Positions 1-10,795 of a stretch of 64,000 nt of DNA are shown here, piece by piece (the first letter of the stretch is position 1; each line of letters opens with the position of its first letter). The notes below the pieces were generated by a model. That model was not told the DNA's origin. It worked only from the letters and a program-made list of their open reading frames with translations, and did not search any database. The translations under genes and the position numbers were made by a program. The stretch comes from a virus: the IMG/VR virus record IMGVR_UViG_3300020147_000001, positions 2,724 to 66,723 of that record; one strand, given 5' to 3'.

Positions 1-36
1 TCTGCCGAATGCGGCTGCAATGGGGAGGGCTGAGCC

Positions 37-306
37 ATGGCCTACACGGTGGAACACACCGATACGTTCGGCGGCGAAGCTAACTACAGCTGGGTGCGCC
101 GCTACCAGCTGCCCGACAACCTATCGAAGCTGCAACGCGTGCGGAGAGCAAAGGCGCTGTGCGGTCTCGCCGGTGTGCGCTGCGAGGTCTCAGATTTCGG
201 AGATGAGCTGCACATTAGGCCGCAGGGTTTGGCGCAGATCGTCTTCGTGTCCTGGACCGAGCAAGAAGAAAGCTGCGTGATGCAGCGCGAAAGGGCTGAG
301 CCATGA
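37..306 (+). CDS. small early phage protein, unknown function
   Basis: 89-aa ORF preceded by the AGGGCTGAGCCATG junction motif; its stop overlaps the next ATG (ATGA). Confidence 0.75.
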   Translation: MAYTVEHTDTFGGEANYSWVRRYQLPDNLSKLQRVRRAKALCGLAGVRCEVSDFGDELHIRPQGLAQIVFVSWTEQEESCVMQRERAEP

Positions 307-488
307 CGCGACTCATCAACGCCAAGCTACGTTTGCAGCGTGCTCGCGAGGCATGCCCGCATTGGGATCAGGAGTCGGATGGCGGCACCGATTGCGACAT
401 GAACACTCGCGATTGCTGCATCGAAGTCTATGAAGCGCGCGCCGCGCTATGGCGTGCCAAGCAGTCCGCGCACAAAGGGGAGCGCTGA
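303..488 (+). CDS. small Cys-rich early protein
   Basis: 61-aa ORF, junction motif at start. Confidence 0.65.
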   Translation: MTRLINAKLRLQRAREACPHWDQESDGGTDCDMNTRDCCIEVYEARAALWRAKQSAHKGER

Positions 489-491
489 GCC

Positions 492-644
492 ATGTTCAAA
501 GCCAACACTGAAGAGACAGCGCGCGAGCTGGCGCGCGAGCACAACCTATCGCACGGGTTCAGCGTGTTTGATGGCAAGTGGTACGTGGGCACAACAGAAC
601 AGCTCGCGGCAATCGGCTGCATTCTATCCAAGCAGGAGGGCTGA
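492..644 (+). CDS. 50-aa early protein (MFKANTEETARELAREHNLSHGFSVFDGKWYVG...), not in the ORF track
   Basis: Translated by hand; exactly fills the gap between two junction motifs. Confidence 0.7.
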   Translation: MFKANTEETARELAREHNLSHGFSVFDGKWYVGTTEQLAAIGCILSKQEG

Positions 645-647
645 GCC

Positions 648-947
648 ATGGCTCTCAATGCAGGATGCCTGTTGCTCAAGCTCAACGGTGAGGACGTGCT
701 TGCTCTCGACATCATCAAGAGCAACGCCCTATTCGCCGCAGACCGCAACGCTAAAGACTTCAAGACCGCTCGCGAGCAGGTAGCGAGCTACCGCAACAAT
801 GCAGTAGCCACGCTCGTAGGCTGCGGCGTGAGCGCGCAGCTTGCCACCGCACTAGTCAAAGCCAACTGGGCGCAATGCGTGCGACACGAACGACTTAAGC
901 GCCGAGTGGCAAGCGCGCACGTGGGGAGGGCTGAGCCATGCGCGTGA
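648..947 (+). CDS. hypothetical early protein
   Basis: 99-aa ORF with junction motif at start. Confidence 0.7.
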   Translation: MALNAGCLLLKLNGEDVLALDIIKSNALFAADRNAKDFKTAREQVASYRNNAVATLVGCGVSAQLATALVKANWAQCVRHERLKRRVASAHVGRAEPCA

Positions 948-1129
948 ACAGCTTCAACAGCAAAGCAATCATCGAAGCGCAAAAGGCATACGCCTCCTGC
1001 AAGTGCGCGGCTTGCGAAGGTCCGTTCGGGGAAGCGGCCGCTGGCGCTTGCGATGCCATGCGCAAGCTTCTAGCCGAGATCGAGCGCGGCGAGGATATGT
1101 ACCTTGCTGCACATGGGGTGAAGCCGTGA
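938..1129 (+). CDS. small CxxC-containing early protein
   Basis: 63-aa ORF with junction motif at start. Confidence 0.6.
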   Translation: MRVNSFNSKAIIEAQKAYASCKCAACEGPFGEAAAGACDAMRKLLAEIERGEDMYLAAHGVKP

Positions 1130-1393
1130 GCAAACCTATCTACTGCGAAGTGTGTGGCGATCTCAAAGGCAAGCGTGCGTGCTCCTACGGCTCAGCCGCC
1201 GACTACATGGGCGAGCCGCTCCACAACATGAGCACCGTACGCCTCGATTCGCTGTATGCGGGTGCATGGGACGCCAACAATCCCGATCGCAAGGTCCTGC
1301 TGCACGAACGCAGGCGGCGTCAGCAACGCGACGCACTTCGCGCAAAGTCTGACTTTGGCTTTGGATACGCCAAGGATCCGCACACGCTACCGC

Positions 1394-1450
1394 GCTGAAC
1401 CGTTGGGAGTGGCTGCAGCTCATGGCTGCAGCCTATCCGAGCGATTCAGC
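1394..1450 (+). promoter_or_regulatory. long imperfect intergenic hairpin (possible RNase III-type processing site), copy 1
   Basis: gctgaa/ttcagc outer stem and ggctgcagc/gctgcagcc inner stem; homologous to 2772-2824. Confidence 0.55.
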
Positions 1451-1469
1451 TCACAACAAAGGACACGCT

Positions 1470-1694
1470 ATGTCACGCAAGCTTCCAAACGCTATCCGCA
1501 CAGACAGAGACGAGCGAACCGGACGCCTGGACAAGCGCCTGCCTCGCGGTTTCCACCTCGCCTACTTCAAGAATCAATCCTATTTCGTGCGCAACGGGTA
1601 CGAGCTGCAGGAATGCCCGTACGAGCACAACGCCCACGTTGACAACTGCATGCGCTGCGCTCCGCTTTGGGGCGTGATTGCGGTGCAGTCATGA
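1470..1694 (+). CDS. hypothetical protein with CxxC
   Basis: ATG directly after the AAAGGACACGCT leader motif. Confidence 0.65.
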   Translation: MSRKLPNAIRTDRDERTGRLDKRLPRGFHLAYFKNQSYFVRNGYELQECPYEHNAHVDNCMRCAPLWGVIAVQS

Positions 1695-2454
1695 CCCCAG
1701 CACAAGAGCAAGCGGCAAGCGCCGCACGTCGTGCGTGCATTGAATGGCTCAAGAGCTACCCCGGTCCGACTCCGCCATCACAAGCGGCCGACGCCGCATG
1801 GCGCAAATGGTCCCAAGACCTACCCTATGCCCACGAAATAAAAAACGCATTCCTCGCCGCATGGCGCGCGCAGTGGGAGATCCGGTGAACCAATCGGACA
1901 AGCTAGACGCGATCGGCGGGCTTCTCTCAGAGAACGGCTGCGATTGCGACTGCGATCACTCCCAAGATGAGCACGATGCAGACTGCGCGCGGTGCCTCGC
2001 ATGCAGAATCACAATGGTAATCCTTGACCTCGACTACAGAGGAGGCCCGCTACCGTGAGCCTATCTCTCGACTCGAAAACGCTCGCGCCTCTGTTCAATC
2101 GCCTGGCCTGGCGCCTCTGTTCTAACCGCCACCTGGACGCCTCGGTCTACCTGCAGCACCGTGTGCAGCGCGTATGCGCTCACGAGTACGGCCCTACCCT
2201 CAACCTCGTGCGCGGGTGCTTCGCCTATTGCGAGCTATGCGGGCACGAAACAGAAATCAGCTACTGAAAGGATACGCCAGATGAAAACGTACATCGTCTA
2301 CGTAGACGGACTCGAAGTCCGCAAGATCAAAGCAGGAAACCACAACGCGGCCGAGAAGAAGGCTCAAAAGCTCTACCCCGCTCTACCCCGCCATCGCGTT
2401 TCAGTCGCATACACCGAAGTTTGACACCACACGCTCGCATAAAAGGACACGCTA

Positions 2455-2775
2455 ATGCCTAAGACCGCCGACCAACACGCAGCGAACGAGCTGGAGCTCT
2501 ACCTTGAGAATGACGAACCACTTTACCGCGACACGCAAGCCTGTTACGCGAACCTGCTACGCAAGCAAAAGCGCGGGACCTACGACAGCGCGCGCGCCGT
2601 TGCCGCTTTTGAACACGTGGTTTACACAGCTGCAAAAAAATACGTCCGCGAGTTTGGCGGGAACGTCGCCAGCACATTCGACAAGCCCACACGCACAGCT
2701 GTTGCCATCTCACTGCGCGACAGCTTCGAGGCGCAGGTGAAGAATGGCGAGCTGTCACACCTGCTCGACGGCTGA
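2455..2775 (+). CDS. conserved-looking phage early protein
   Basis: 106 aa (ELELYLENDEPLY...AAKKYVREFG); AAAGGACACGCTA leader. Confidence 0.75.
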   Translation: MPKTADQHAANELELYLENDEPLYRDTQACYANLLRKQKRGTYDSARAVAAFEHVVYTAAKKYVREFGGNVASTFDKPTRTAVAISLRDSFEAQVKNGELSHLLDG

Positions 2776-2824
2776 ACATTGGGAGCGGGGCGCGACGGAA
2801 GCGCGCCCCCATCCGAGCATTCAG
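2772..2824 (+). promoter_or_regulatory. long imperfect intergenic hairpin, copy 2
   Basis: ctgaa..ttgggag[ggggcgcg/cgcgcccc]atccgagc.ttcag; same frame as copy 1. Confidence 0.55.
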
Positions 2825-2850
2825 ACCACACAACGAAAGGACACGCTAAA

Positions 2851-3150
2851 ATGCCTACATTTCACCGCGTTGCACAATGCACAAACCCGTTTCACCTATG
2901 GGCGGACAGGCGATCGCAGCCACGCGGCGCGCGACGCCTCGCCCTACTCCACCTCGCAGCCGTTGGCATGGGCGAGCTGGACAACATGGTCACGGGCTCG
3001 CAAAACAGCGCGCTGTCTGAAGACATAACCAGCTTCTATGATTTTTGCGCCGACAAGGACATCAGCACACGTTTCGTGCACATACGCATGCACGCCGCCG
3101 CGTACATCGAAGACACCCTAGAGATTCTCGTGCGCGAGGCGTCGTTATGA
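2851..3150 (+). CDS. hypothetical early protein
   Basis: ATG after the leader motif at 2836-2848. Confidence 0.65.
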   Translation: MPTFHRVAQCTNPFHLWADRRSQPRGARRLALLHLAAVGMGELDNMVTGSQNSALSEDITSFYDFCADKDISTRFVHIRMHAAAYIEDTLEILVREASL

Positions 3151-3694
3151 GCAAGAAACGCCCCCTAGCCCTACGCACAACCACAAGCGACATTTGCGCG
3201 ATCGTGGTGAAGCGTACGAACGACCGCAACGGCAACAGCATCTACACCGCCACGTGCGGAAGCGAAAAGCGCGTGCACAAGTACGATCCCGCGCTCACAC
3301 GCGAACAGAACATCGAGGCGGCTGCCGATCTGTGCCTCACAACGTCTGACCTTGACGGCAACACGCGCGCGCTACTGCGAGGCGCCTACCTGGACAACTC
3401 CACCTTTGTGTTTGTGAGGCTCGACCAATGAACAGCCCATTCGAAACCCTGCACAAATCGATCGCTGTCCCGCAGCTCGTAACACAATACGCACACCTCA
3501 CTTGCGCGGCCCGCGGTTTAGAAGATCTGCGCATCCTGTGCCTTGCAGCGGATCGCTCCGACGCAATGATCACCCACATGACAATGGTACACGAGCGTCT
3601 AACGGGCAGCGCGCGGCTGTCCTGGCACGACCACCTGAACAACGCCAAGCAATACCTGCGCGACCACCTATAGAAACCGAAAACGCTTTCCTGT

Positions 3695-3727
3695 TTGACA
3701 CGTGAACAATCCCTGTTATTTGTTCAC
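3695..3727 (+). promoter_or_regulatory. putative sigma70-type promoter overlapped by an inverted repeat
   Basis: TTGACA at 3695-3700; gtgaacaa...ttgttcac inverted repeat at 3702-3727; -10 box weak. Confidence 0.45.
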
Positions 3728-4048
3728 TTCACGAAAAGGGCACGCATCATGAGCACCGGATTTCCCAAGGTCTACAAGGCACGCGATAGCCAAGCATTCG
3801 AGGCACTCTACGCACGCAGCGCCAGCGCTCGGTCTGAAGTGCTGAAAGCCGAGGGATCGCAATCCATCCGAGACTTCACCGAACACATGGAAAACGCAAT
3901 CAGCGACCTAGAGCTCAGCCTTGCGCACGCTCGCGAGGCACTGGCCATCGCCAAAGATTGAGGCCCGGGTTCCCATATCCGCGGTGACCCGAACACGTGC
4001 CGCGGCACGGTTGCGCAACTCGAACACTCTACACGAAAGGACACGCTC

Positions 4049-4468
4049 ATGACTGACACGCTTTTGACTGTTCTCAAGATGGCCCGCGGCCGCATCGACA
4101 CGCCCGAGAAATGGGCAAAGGGCGCGTTTGCGCTGGACGCTGAAGGCAATGCCATCAATCCGCGTTACGAAGGCGCTGTCTGCCTTTGTGCAGAAGGCGC
4201 TATCCGCTGGGCACTGTGGGAGTTCAAACAGGAAGAGCCCAATGAATACGGGGAGCACAACCTAACCGGCCATGACGCGTACGAGATCAAGCGCTTGGCC
4301 TATAACGCTGTTTGGAAAGCAGCGCATGAGGCCGGGGTGCCGGGGGTAGACGCCCCCTCGGAGGATTTCGACTACCCATCCAACTTCAACGACCTCGACA
4401 CCACAACACACGAACACGTGCTGGCGGCATTCGATGGCGCCATTGCTGCCGTCGAATCACAGCTGTAA
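4049..4468 (+). CDS. DUF6197-like phage protein
   Basis: WAKGAF..D..G, CAEGAI and FND....THEHVLAAFDGAI pattern; leader motif upstream. Confidence 0.65.
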   Translation: MTDTLLTVLKMARGRIDTPEKWAKGAFALDAEGNAINPRYEGAVCLCAEGAIRWALWEFKQEEPNEYGEHNLTGHDAYEIKRLAYNAVWKAAHEAGVPGVDAPSEDFDYPSNFNDLDTTTHEHVLAAFDGAIAAVESQL

Positions 4469-4496
4469 CCAAAAACGCCTACATCGAAAGCAGACC

Positions 4497-4925
4497 ATGA
4501 CCGCAATCCACACCAGTCCCAAGTTCAAGCCCGGTTCCATCGGCGCCACTGTCCAAAGGCTCGGCGAAGCCAACCCCGGCATGAAAGCCGACGCCATGTA
4601 CCAAGCGGTACTCGCGGCTGGCCACAAGTGCGCGAAGAGCACCGTCTTACAGCTGCGGTCCGTGCTCGGCTACGTGGACAGCGCACGCAGCGCTGCGCAG
4701 ACGGCCGCTGTTGCCGCCAAGAAAGCCAAGCGCCGCACAAAGAAAGGCGTCAAGCGCGGCCCGTACAAAACCAGCAAGGCCAAGGCAGCGGAGCCGGCCA
4801 CCAATGGCCACACGACCGAGCCAGCGCTCCCAGGTGACTCCGGACGCGAGTTCCGTGCGCTGGTGTCGCGCATCGGCACGGACGCCGCTGACCGGATGCT
4901 CGCCGCCGTAAAGCAGGGGCGCTGA
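4497..4925 (+). CDS. basic, Lys-rich putative DNA-binding protein
   Basis: KKAKRRTKKGVKRGPYK stretch; ATG at 4497. Confidence 0.55.
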   Translation: MTAIHTSPKFKPGSIGATVQRLGEANPGMKADAMYQAVLAAGHKCAKSTVLQLRSVLGYVDSARSAAQTAAVAAKKAKRRTKKGVKRGPYKTSKAKAAEPATNGHTTEPALPGDSGREFRALVSRIGTDAADRMLAAVKQGR

Positions 4926-5054
4926 CCATGGCGGTGCGCTGCAAGCCGGACTGCGACGAGTGCTGTTGCAAGCCTTGCGCTTTGTGCATAGAGCGCGAGC
5001 GGGAAGGCTACAGCGAAGACGAGATCACCGAAGTGATCCCCGACATGGAAGCGC

Positions 5055-5453
5055 ATGTCCGGGAGCTGGACGCGGCCTATGCAAGCTCCGAAGAATAACC
5101 CCGTGTTCTGGCGCAGCCGCGCCGACCTCATTCGCGAGCTCGCGGACGCAGGGCTGTCTACGAAGGCCATCCGCGAGCGCTGCGTGGCTGAAGGCTACGA
5201 AGCACCAAAGCGCGAGGCGATCTACCGCGCGAAGACCTACGAAGCGCAGGGTCGGCCGCTCGCATCGCGCCCGAGCTATTACCACCTGTGGAAGTTCTTC
5301 TTGGAAGAGTACGACCGCGCCTACCGCGCGGGCCGGCTCATCGCCATCACGCAAGAAATGAAGCGCCTGATCGACGTAGCTGAAAGCTGCGTCACCCAGG
5401 ACCAAACACGCGAACCCATCACAGACCGACGAAAACGAAAGGCCAAACGCTAA
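5055..5453 (+). CDS. hypothetical protein, possibly with an HTH
   Basis: 132-aa ORF in the early gene run. Confidence 0.55.
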   Translation: MSGSWTRPMQAPKNNPVFWRSRADLIRELADAGLSTKAIRERCVAEGYEAPKREAIYRAKTYEAQGRPLASRPSYYHLWKFFLEEYDRAYRAGRLIAITQEMKRLIDVAESCVTQDQTREPITDRRKRKAKR

Positions 5454-5662
5454 TGCACTACCTCACCGCGCTCGTATTCTGTTTCATCTTCAACGCCCTT
5501 TTTTGTGGCGGCTGCGCGCCAGCAAGCCCCGTTCAAGCGCAACCGACCGAATACGGCGGCCGATGCATGGGCATCCGGCCACTCTGCGGTCCAGGTCTGC
5601 ACCCCGAGTGCATTTGCTACGACGCGTTCGGAAACAACTGCACGTGGCAATGCGTGCACTGA
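5453..5662 (+). CDS. small Cys-rich secreted or lipoprotein-like protein
   Basis: Hydrophobic N-terminus ending ..CGGC; several Cys in the mature part. Confidence 0.55.
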   Translation: MHYLTALVFCFIFNALFCGGCAPASPVQAQPTEYGGRCMGIRPLCGPGLHPECICYDAFGNNCTWQCVH

Positions 5663-6917
5663 GCTAACACCCCAACCCACCCACGCAAAGGAAGCCGACC
5701 ATGATGACACCAGAGGAACTCGCCAAGGCCGCGTCTAACCACGCGCTGCAGACCGCGCTCTTGGATGCGTACATCGAAGACGAATGCGGAGACATCGACA
5801 CGGAGCTGGACCGCGTGGTCGACATGCTTCGCCGCGACTCGGCGCATGAGCTTCTGTGCGGACGCGATGCCGAGAGGCGCTTGATCGACAACATCATTGC
5901 GCGCCTAGAGCGGCACGAACATCGCTGACAATCACCCCTGAAAGGACGCGCTACATGAACAACAACAACAAGCTGTGCTTGACCCTGATCGTCATAGAAT
6001 TGATGACGCTCGGGTATTTGATCTACGACGAAATGGTCGCAAACCCTCAACGGCGAGCTTCGGGCGAATCACTCGAGCGTGGCAGAGCCAACTTAGGCCG
6101 GTACATCCAGGACCGGACCACGCGCTAGGAAAGTACGTAGGGGCCGCGTGCACCATGCGCGCGGCCCCCGTCCATCAGGAACGACCAGATAGGAGCTGAG
6201 AATAGCACGTGGCCATCGAGACGATCGAAAACCCTAAGACATCTTTCGTCTACAAGTGGCATTGCGCCTATACGCCTTGCAGCGCCTATCTGCGCGGCAC
6301 CATCGGTGACGCGGTTGCGCGTGGCCTGGACTCCATCTCCTTCGACTGCCCGCACTGCGCGCGGCGCACCATCGTTCCCTTGAGGCCCGAGCAGTGACCA
6401 AGCGCAAACCTCACCCGCTGGAAGGCACGCTTGAACGCTCGCGTGTAGCGCTCGATGAGGGCGCGCTAGTCCACAACGCGATCTACGTCATCCGGAACGC
6501 GTGGGGTCGCATCGGGCTCGCGCGGCGCGAGGCAGAGGCACTCGTTGCGGCCTACTTCAAAGCAAAGTCCGCGCTCTACGAAGCGCAGATCGAGGCACAG
6601 CGGTCGGCCGATGATGCAGCCGCACAGCGTGCCCTCGTTGAACTCTTGACTAACGAGTTGGACCAAAAACAGAAGGGACACAGCTAACATGACTACACCG
6701 AAACCGCTTTACGAACGCGCCCGCGAAGCGGGCGCTGAAGCCCGCGCTAAGCAGCTAAGCGAACTGTCAACCGCAGTTTTCACGCACGAGCAGGCCTTGA
6801 ACGGGTTCGTTCTCTTCATGTGCAAAGAGCAACCGGGCACCGAAGCCGCTTGGCGTCAGTTCGCTGTCGCCTTCGACCCACGAAACAAGCGCTGGGCGGA
6901 AGGGAACGACGACTGAC

Positions 6918-7124
6918 ATGAAGGTTCTCGAAGAGCCCACGTACAAAGGCCCGCGCTCATACACGTTTCGCTGCAAAAACACGCGCTGCGGAGCCAAGCT
7001 CCAAGCCACCGAAGACGAGGGCAAGATTCACTACGACCAGCGCGACGGTGACAGTTACGAGTTCCATTGCGTGTGCTGCGGACACGCCAACTACATCGAC
7101 GTGCATTGCTTCGACGGGCGCTAA
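6918..7124 (+). CDS. small Zn-ribbon protein
   Basis: CxxxxC and CxxC pairs; similar layout to ORF 6209-6397. Confidence 0.6.
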   Translation: MKVLEEPTYKGPRSYTFRCKNTRCGAKLQATEDEGKIHYDQRDGDSYEFHCVCCGHANYIDVHCFDGR

Positions 7125-7334
7125 CATGCGGAAACTCACGCTTCAGAGCACCTGCCTCGTGACCGAGGACGGACCGCACGACGTGATTGCTCGGCCCGGC
7201 GCGCGCAACATGTACGGCTGCCTTCCGTGCCCCCGCTGCGGCGCGGGATACCGCGCCGCCTTCAAGCGCAAAGGTGTTTGGAAAATCCTGTGCGACGAGT
7301 GCGGGCATGAGCAGAAGGCTGTGCTCGGCAACGG

Positions 7335-8660
7335 CTACGCCGGATAGAGCGCGATCAACCGATCGGCTTCGCGCTTGCCGCTCGCGTATGCACCGGGCAC
7401 TTGCGCGAAGCCGGTATCGAGCGTCGCCTCGCCTGCAAAGCAGAGTTTGTTGCTCGCCACCGGCGCACGCAGGAGCGCGCGATCACCGAGCTTCGTCTGC
7501 ATGTTGCACGTGGAGTACGCGCCGCGCGCGTACGGGTCTTGGCCCCAGCGCGTAACCTTCACGCTGATCGGATCGGGTGCGGCGGCGCTGACCGTCGCGC
7601 GCAAGCGCACCATGGCCTCGGCGGCAATCTGCGCGTCGGTCCAGCCCTCGCGCTCGAGCGCAGCATCACCCACCAACCAGCCCATCAGCACGGGCTTGCC
7701 GGTGACGTGCTGCATGTTGAGGAACGTGCTGAACGCGCCGCGCACGGGGCTCGACGTGCCAAGCACAGCCCGGTCAGCAGGCCAAAACTGCGTGCCCGCT
7801 GGGAACTCCAAAAAGCACTTGTTCAGAAGGCCCGAGCCGAGGCGTGAGATCGCGCCAGCTTTGGCCGTGGGCAGCGCAGGCGTGAACAGGATGGTGTTTG
7901 CTTTGAGCACGCCGATCGGCACCGTCACGATCACGTGTGCGGCCGTGTGGACGGCCGCGCTTGTGGCGACAAGGGCCTGCGCTCCTGAGTAGTCGATGCT
8001 CGACACTGGCTCGCTGAGCCGAATGTCGAGGCCCGCCGCGAGCTGCGTTGCGACCTGGCTGAAGCCTCCGGGGAATGCCGTGTTGTCGCCTTCGGAAGAC
8101 GACATAAACGCGTCCCACGCCTGTGCGTCGCCGTAGTTTGGCACCAGCTCGAGCGCGGCCTCAGCGGGGATTTTACTCGCGGTGTTGGCGAACTCGGTGT
8201 CGAGCGCGGCCGTTGTGAAGTTGGCAATGAGCCCTGACGAGTAGCTGCCGAACCCACCTGTCGCAGCGTGGATGTCCACCACCGTCTGCATCGAGCGCCG
8301 GCCGTGAAACACCGAGTTCCACGACACAGCATCCACAAGCCGGTACTTCAGATCGTTCCAGATCGCCTGTGTGATCACAGTCGGCAGACCGTTCGTCCGG
8401 AAGTAGGTCATCTTGCGGAAGTCGCTGTTGACCGTGGCGAGGCTCATGCCCGCGACGAGCGACTCGAAGTCGGTCTGATTGCCGTGGATCCACGTCGCAC
8501 CGAGCTCGACCGTCGTGCCGCTCGGGTTCGTGCTCGTGTGCACGCGTCCGCCGATGCGATCGCGCGCCTCGAGCACCACCACCTCGAAGCCCGCCGCCTT
8601 GAGCCGCTGCGCCGCCGCGAGGCCTGCAATGCCAGCACCTACCACAATCACTTTCACCAC
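7335..8660 (-). CDS. FAD-dependent amine oxidase (monoamine/polyamine oxidase family)
   Basis: [14 protein letters not shown] dinucleotide fold, [47 protein letters not shown]; GTG start with GAGGT SD. Confidence 0.9.
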   Translation of the reverse strand: MVKVIVVGAGIAGLAAAQRLKAAGFEVVVLEARDRIGGRVHTSTNPSGTTVELGATWIHGNQTDFESLVAGMSLATVNSDFRKMTYFRTNGLPTVITQAIWNDLKYRLVDAVSWNSVFHGRRSMQTVVDIHAATGGFGSYSSGLIANFTTAALDTEFANTASKIPAEAALELVPNYGDAQAWDAFMSSSEGDNTAFPGGFSQVATQLAAGLDIRLSEPVSSIDYSGAQALVATSAAVHTAAHVIVTVPIGVLKANTILFTPALPTAKAGAISRLGSGLLNKCFLEFPAGTQFWPADRAVLGTSSPVRGAFSTFLNMQHVTGKPVLMGWLVGDAALEREGWTDAQIAAEAMVRLRATVSAAAPDPISVKVTRWGQDPYARGAYSTCNMQTKLGDRALLRAPVASNKLCFAGEATLDTGFAQVPGAYASGKREADRLIALYPA

Positions 8661-9235
8661 TGGCCTACCTCGAAGTGCATAGCGTCTCGCTGCTTTGGCG
8701 ACCAATCGATGCCACATACGATTCCTGCTTCCCACGTTTCCCCGTTGGGGTCGGTGACAGGCACGCGTACCTCGCGCGCCAACTCGATCACGCGATGCAG
8801 ACTGCCCGGGTGGCCCTTCGGCACGCCGGGCTGACCTTGCTTGTTGCCAGCAGCGCTGTGGTTCAGGTCCATCGCGATGCCGCGCGAGTGACGCGACAGG
8901 AAGCTATTCCAGTCGCGCGTAGGGTTCGTGGTCTTCGGCAGGTTCTTCGCCATGCGCATAAGACGCGGCACAAAAGACCCGCCGAACTCCTTCACCTCGC
9001 CGCACGCCTCTTTGTCCCAGCTGCGAAACCAAGCCTGGAACACCGGAGCCGCGCGCTTGTGCACGCGCACGCCGCGCAGAATGCCAGTGGGGATCGGTAG
9101 CTTGAGCGTGACCAGATTCTCGCTCTCCCACTTGAGCGGAACCTTGACCCTGCCGTCTTGATCGCACGTGTAGGTGAGATCGAAGCTCGACCACAACCGT
9201 ACTTTACTCAGCTGTTTGCACCGAAGAACGGGCAT
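8654..9235 (-). CDS. M15-family Zn peptidase, probable endolysin
   Basis: [12 protein letters not shown] (SxHxxGxAxD) and DAMHFE motifs; ATG at 9235 with GGAGG SD. Confidence 0.85.
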   Translation of the reverse strand: MPVLRCKQLSKVRLWSSFDLTYTCDQDGRVKVPLKWESENLVTLKLPIPTGILRGVRVHKRAAPVFQAWFRSWDKEACGEVKEFGGSFVPRLMRMAKNLPKTTNPTRDWNSFLSRHSRGIAMDLNHSAAGNKQGQPGVPKGHPGSLHRVIELAREVRVPVTDPNGETWEAGIVCGIDWSPKQRDAMHFEVGQW

Positions 9236-9625
9236 GACTCCTCCCGGTTCCAACGCGACAGCTCCACCGTGCACAGCACACACTGAGGCTTCGCGAGCCT
9301 GCGATATCCCTGATCGCCCGGCTTCCACGAGCTGTACTGATTCCAGACGTGCTGGACATGCCGTGGGGCGATCGGGGCCGGCGGCGGGACGGTGGCGACA
9401 ACAGAGCTGGAAGGCCCGGCTGCCTTCCGCCAATGGCGTACCGCATGCCAGAGACGTACAGCAGCCGGGACCAAGCGCAGCGCACGGTGCCAACTACTCA
9501 GCCGCACGCATTATATGTAGCACAGATCACAAACGGAATGCATTTGCGTCACGCACGTATTGCGTTGTTTTTAGCGGCATTGTGAGTGTTTTGCGCTGTG
9601 CGCCCTACTTAATCGAAGGCTGGTT

Positions 9626-10387
9626 TCAGGTCCCGTACAGAAGCTGCGGAAGCAGCTCGACGAACTCTGTTCTGAAGCGAAACACGTAGGCGATGCCGTA
9701 GCCATCGGCGTGCGCTTGGTTGTACTGGCACGGAACGAAGCCGGCTTTGTTGTTGTCGTCTTCGTCTTGCCCGAGCCAGATCGGATCGCCGTTCTTGTTC
9801 AGCTTCATACCGGCCCACACGTCATAGACGCCGTCGCGCAGGTGATGGCACCAATGGATCAAGCTGTCGTCCTCGAAGAACTTGTGCTTGCGCTTTTTCG
9901 CTGCGCCGACAAACGTCGGCACGAGCCGGCACACGCCCACGCTTTCAAGATAGGGCTTCAGTCCCGGCATCCACGGCGCATTGCGCGCGTCGTATCCGAA
10001 GTCGTAGCCGATGTCGCGCAGCGCGCGCGTACACAGCGCGCGCGAGCTCTGCCGCATCATGCTTCGGTAGTCCGCACTGTCCGGCCAATCGCGCCAGCCT
10101 GGGATGTAGATTGAGCGCGTGACGACGTAGTCCTGCCCCATCCAGCGCGCGGCAACGAACGGCTCCTTGCCGATGCCAGTGCCGATCACTTTACCGTGCT
10201 CCGCCAAGCTGAGCAGCGAGCCATTCGCCGATCTCTTTCTCTTCTCGCGTTGGCTCATGCCGCGCTGCGCGCTTTCCCGCAGCCGCAGCTCCGGGTTCGC
10301 TTCGCGCATTTGCTCCCGCACGAGGTCGAGCAGCGTTTGCCGCGGCTTTCGTTTTCCCCACCGGCTCGAACGCTTCGAGTTCCACAT
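9626..10387 (-). CDS. hypothetical protein
   Basis: 253-aa ORF with a GAGGAG SD. Confidence 0.65.
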   Translation of the reverse strand: MWNSKRSSRWGKRKPRQTLLDLVREQMREANPELRLRESAQRGMSQREKRKRSANGSLLSLAEHGKVIGTGIGKEPFVAARWMGQDYVVTRSIYIPGWRDWPDSADYRSMMRQSSRALCTRALRDIGYDFGYDARNAPWMPGLKPYLESVGVCRLVPTFVGAAKKRKHKFFEDDSLIHWCHHLRDGVYDVWAGMKLNKNGDPIWLGQDEDDNNKAGFVPCQYNQAHADGYGIAYVFRFRTEFVELLPQLLYGT

Positions 10388-10546
10388 GCCGCTCCTCTTC
10401 CCTCTTCACCATCAGCACATCGAAGATAGTCATCTGGCCGCGCGCTTCCAGCACTGTTTGCTGCTCGCGTTCTGACAGCTTGGGCTCAGAAAGCGTTTTT
10501 GTCTTCTTCGTTTTTGGTTTGTACTGGTACGGCTTTTTGGGGCGAC

Positions 10547-10795
10547 TCATGACGCCCTCGCCGTGAGATCGAGCGGGCACTTCATGCAAGGCAGCACCTG
10601 CCAGTCCTCGCCGCTGCCCTTGATGTCTCGGTCGTTTGCGGGATCGAGCAAGCGAAAGACCTGGCTGAGCTTCGCGCGTGGTGCAAAACGGCGCACAAGC
10701 TGCTGCAAAAGCAGCGCACCACACCGCTCGCACTCGAGCTGCATCGCGGGTTCGTGGGGACGCACGGTGATCGTCCCGATGCTGTGCCGGCTCAT
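10547..10795 (-). CDS. Zn-finger protein
   Basis: CERC...CMKC; ATG overlaps the initiator stop. Confidence 0.55.
   Translation of the reverse strand: MSRHSIGTITVRPHEPAMQLECERCGALLLQQLVRRFAPRAKLSQVFRLLDPANDRDIKGSGEDWQVLPCMKCPLDLTARAS

Noticed and set aside
1-20. gccgaatgcgg resembles the Y RNA 5' motif
   Set aside because: No TTACATC, CCGGT or closing stem follows; it is truncated by the window edge and probably chance.
26-940. CRISPR-like repeat-spacer array
   Set aside because: Intervals are 150-290 nt and each is a full ORF, so the repeat is a gene junction.
9255-9490. Possible closed ncRNA (caccgtgc/gcacggtg)
   Set aside because: It overlaps a plausible 99-aa minus-strand ORF (9208-9507), and an 8-bp match is weak in GC-rich DNA.
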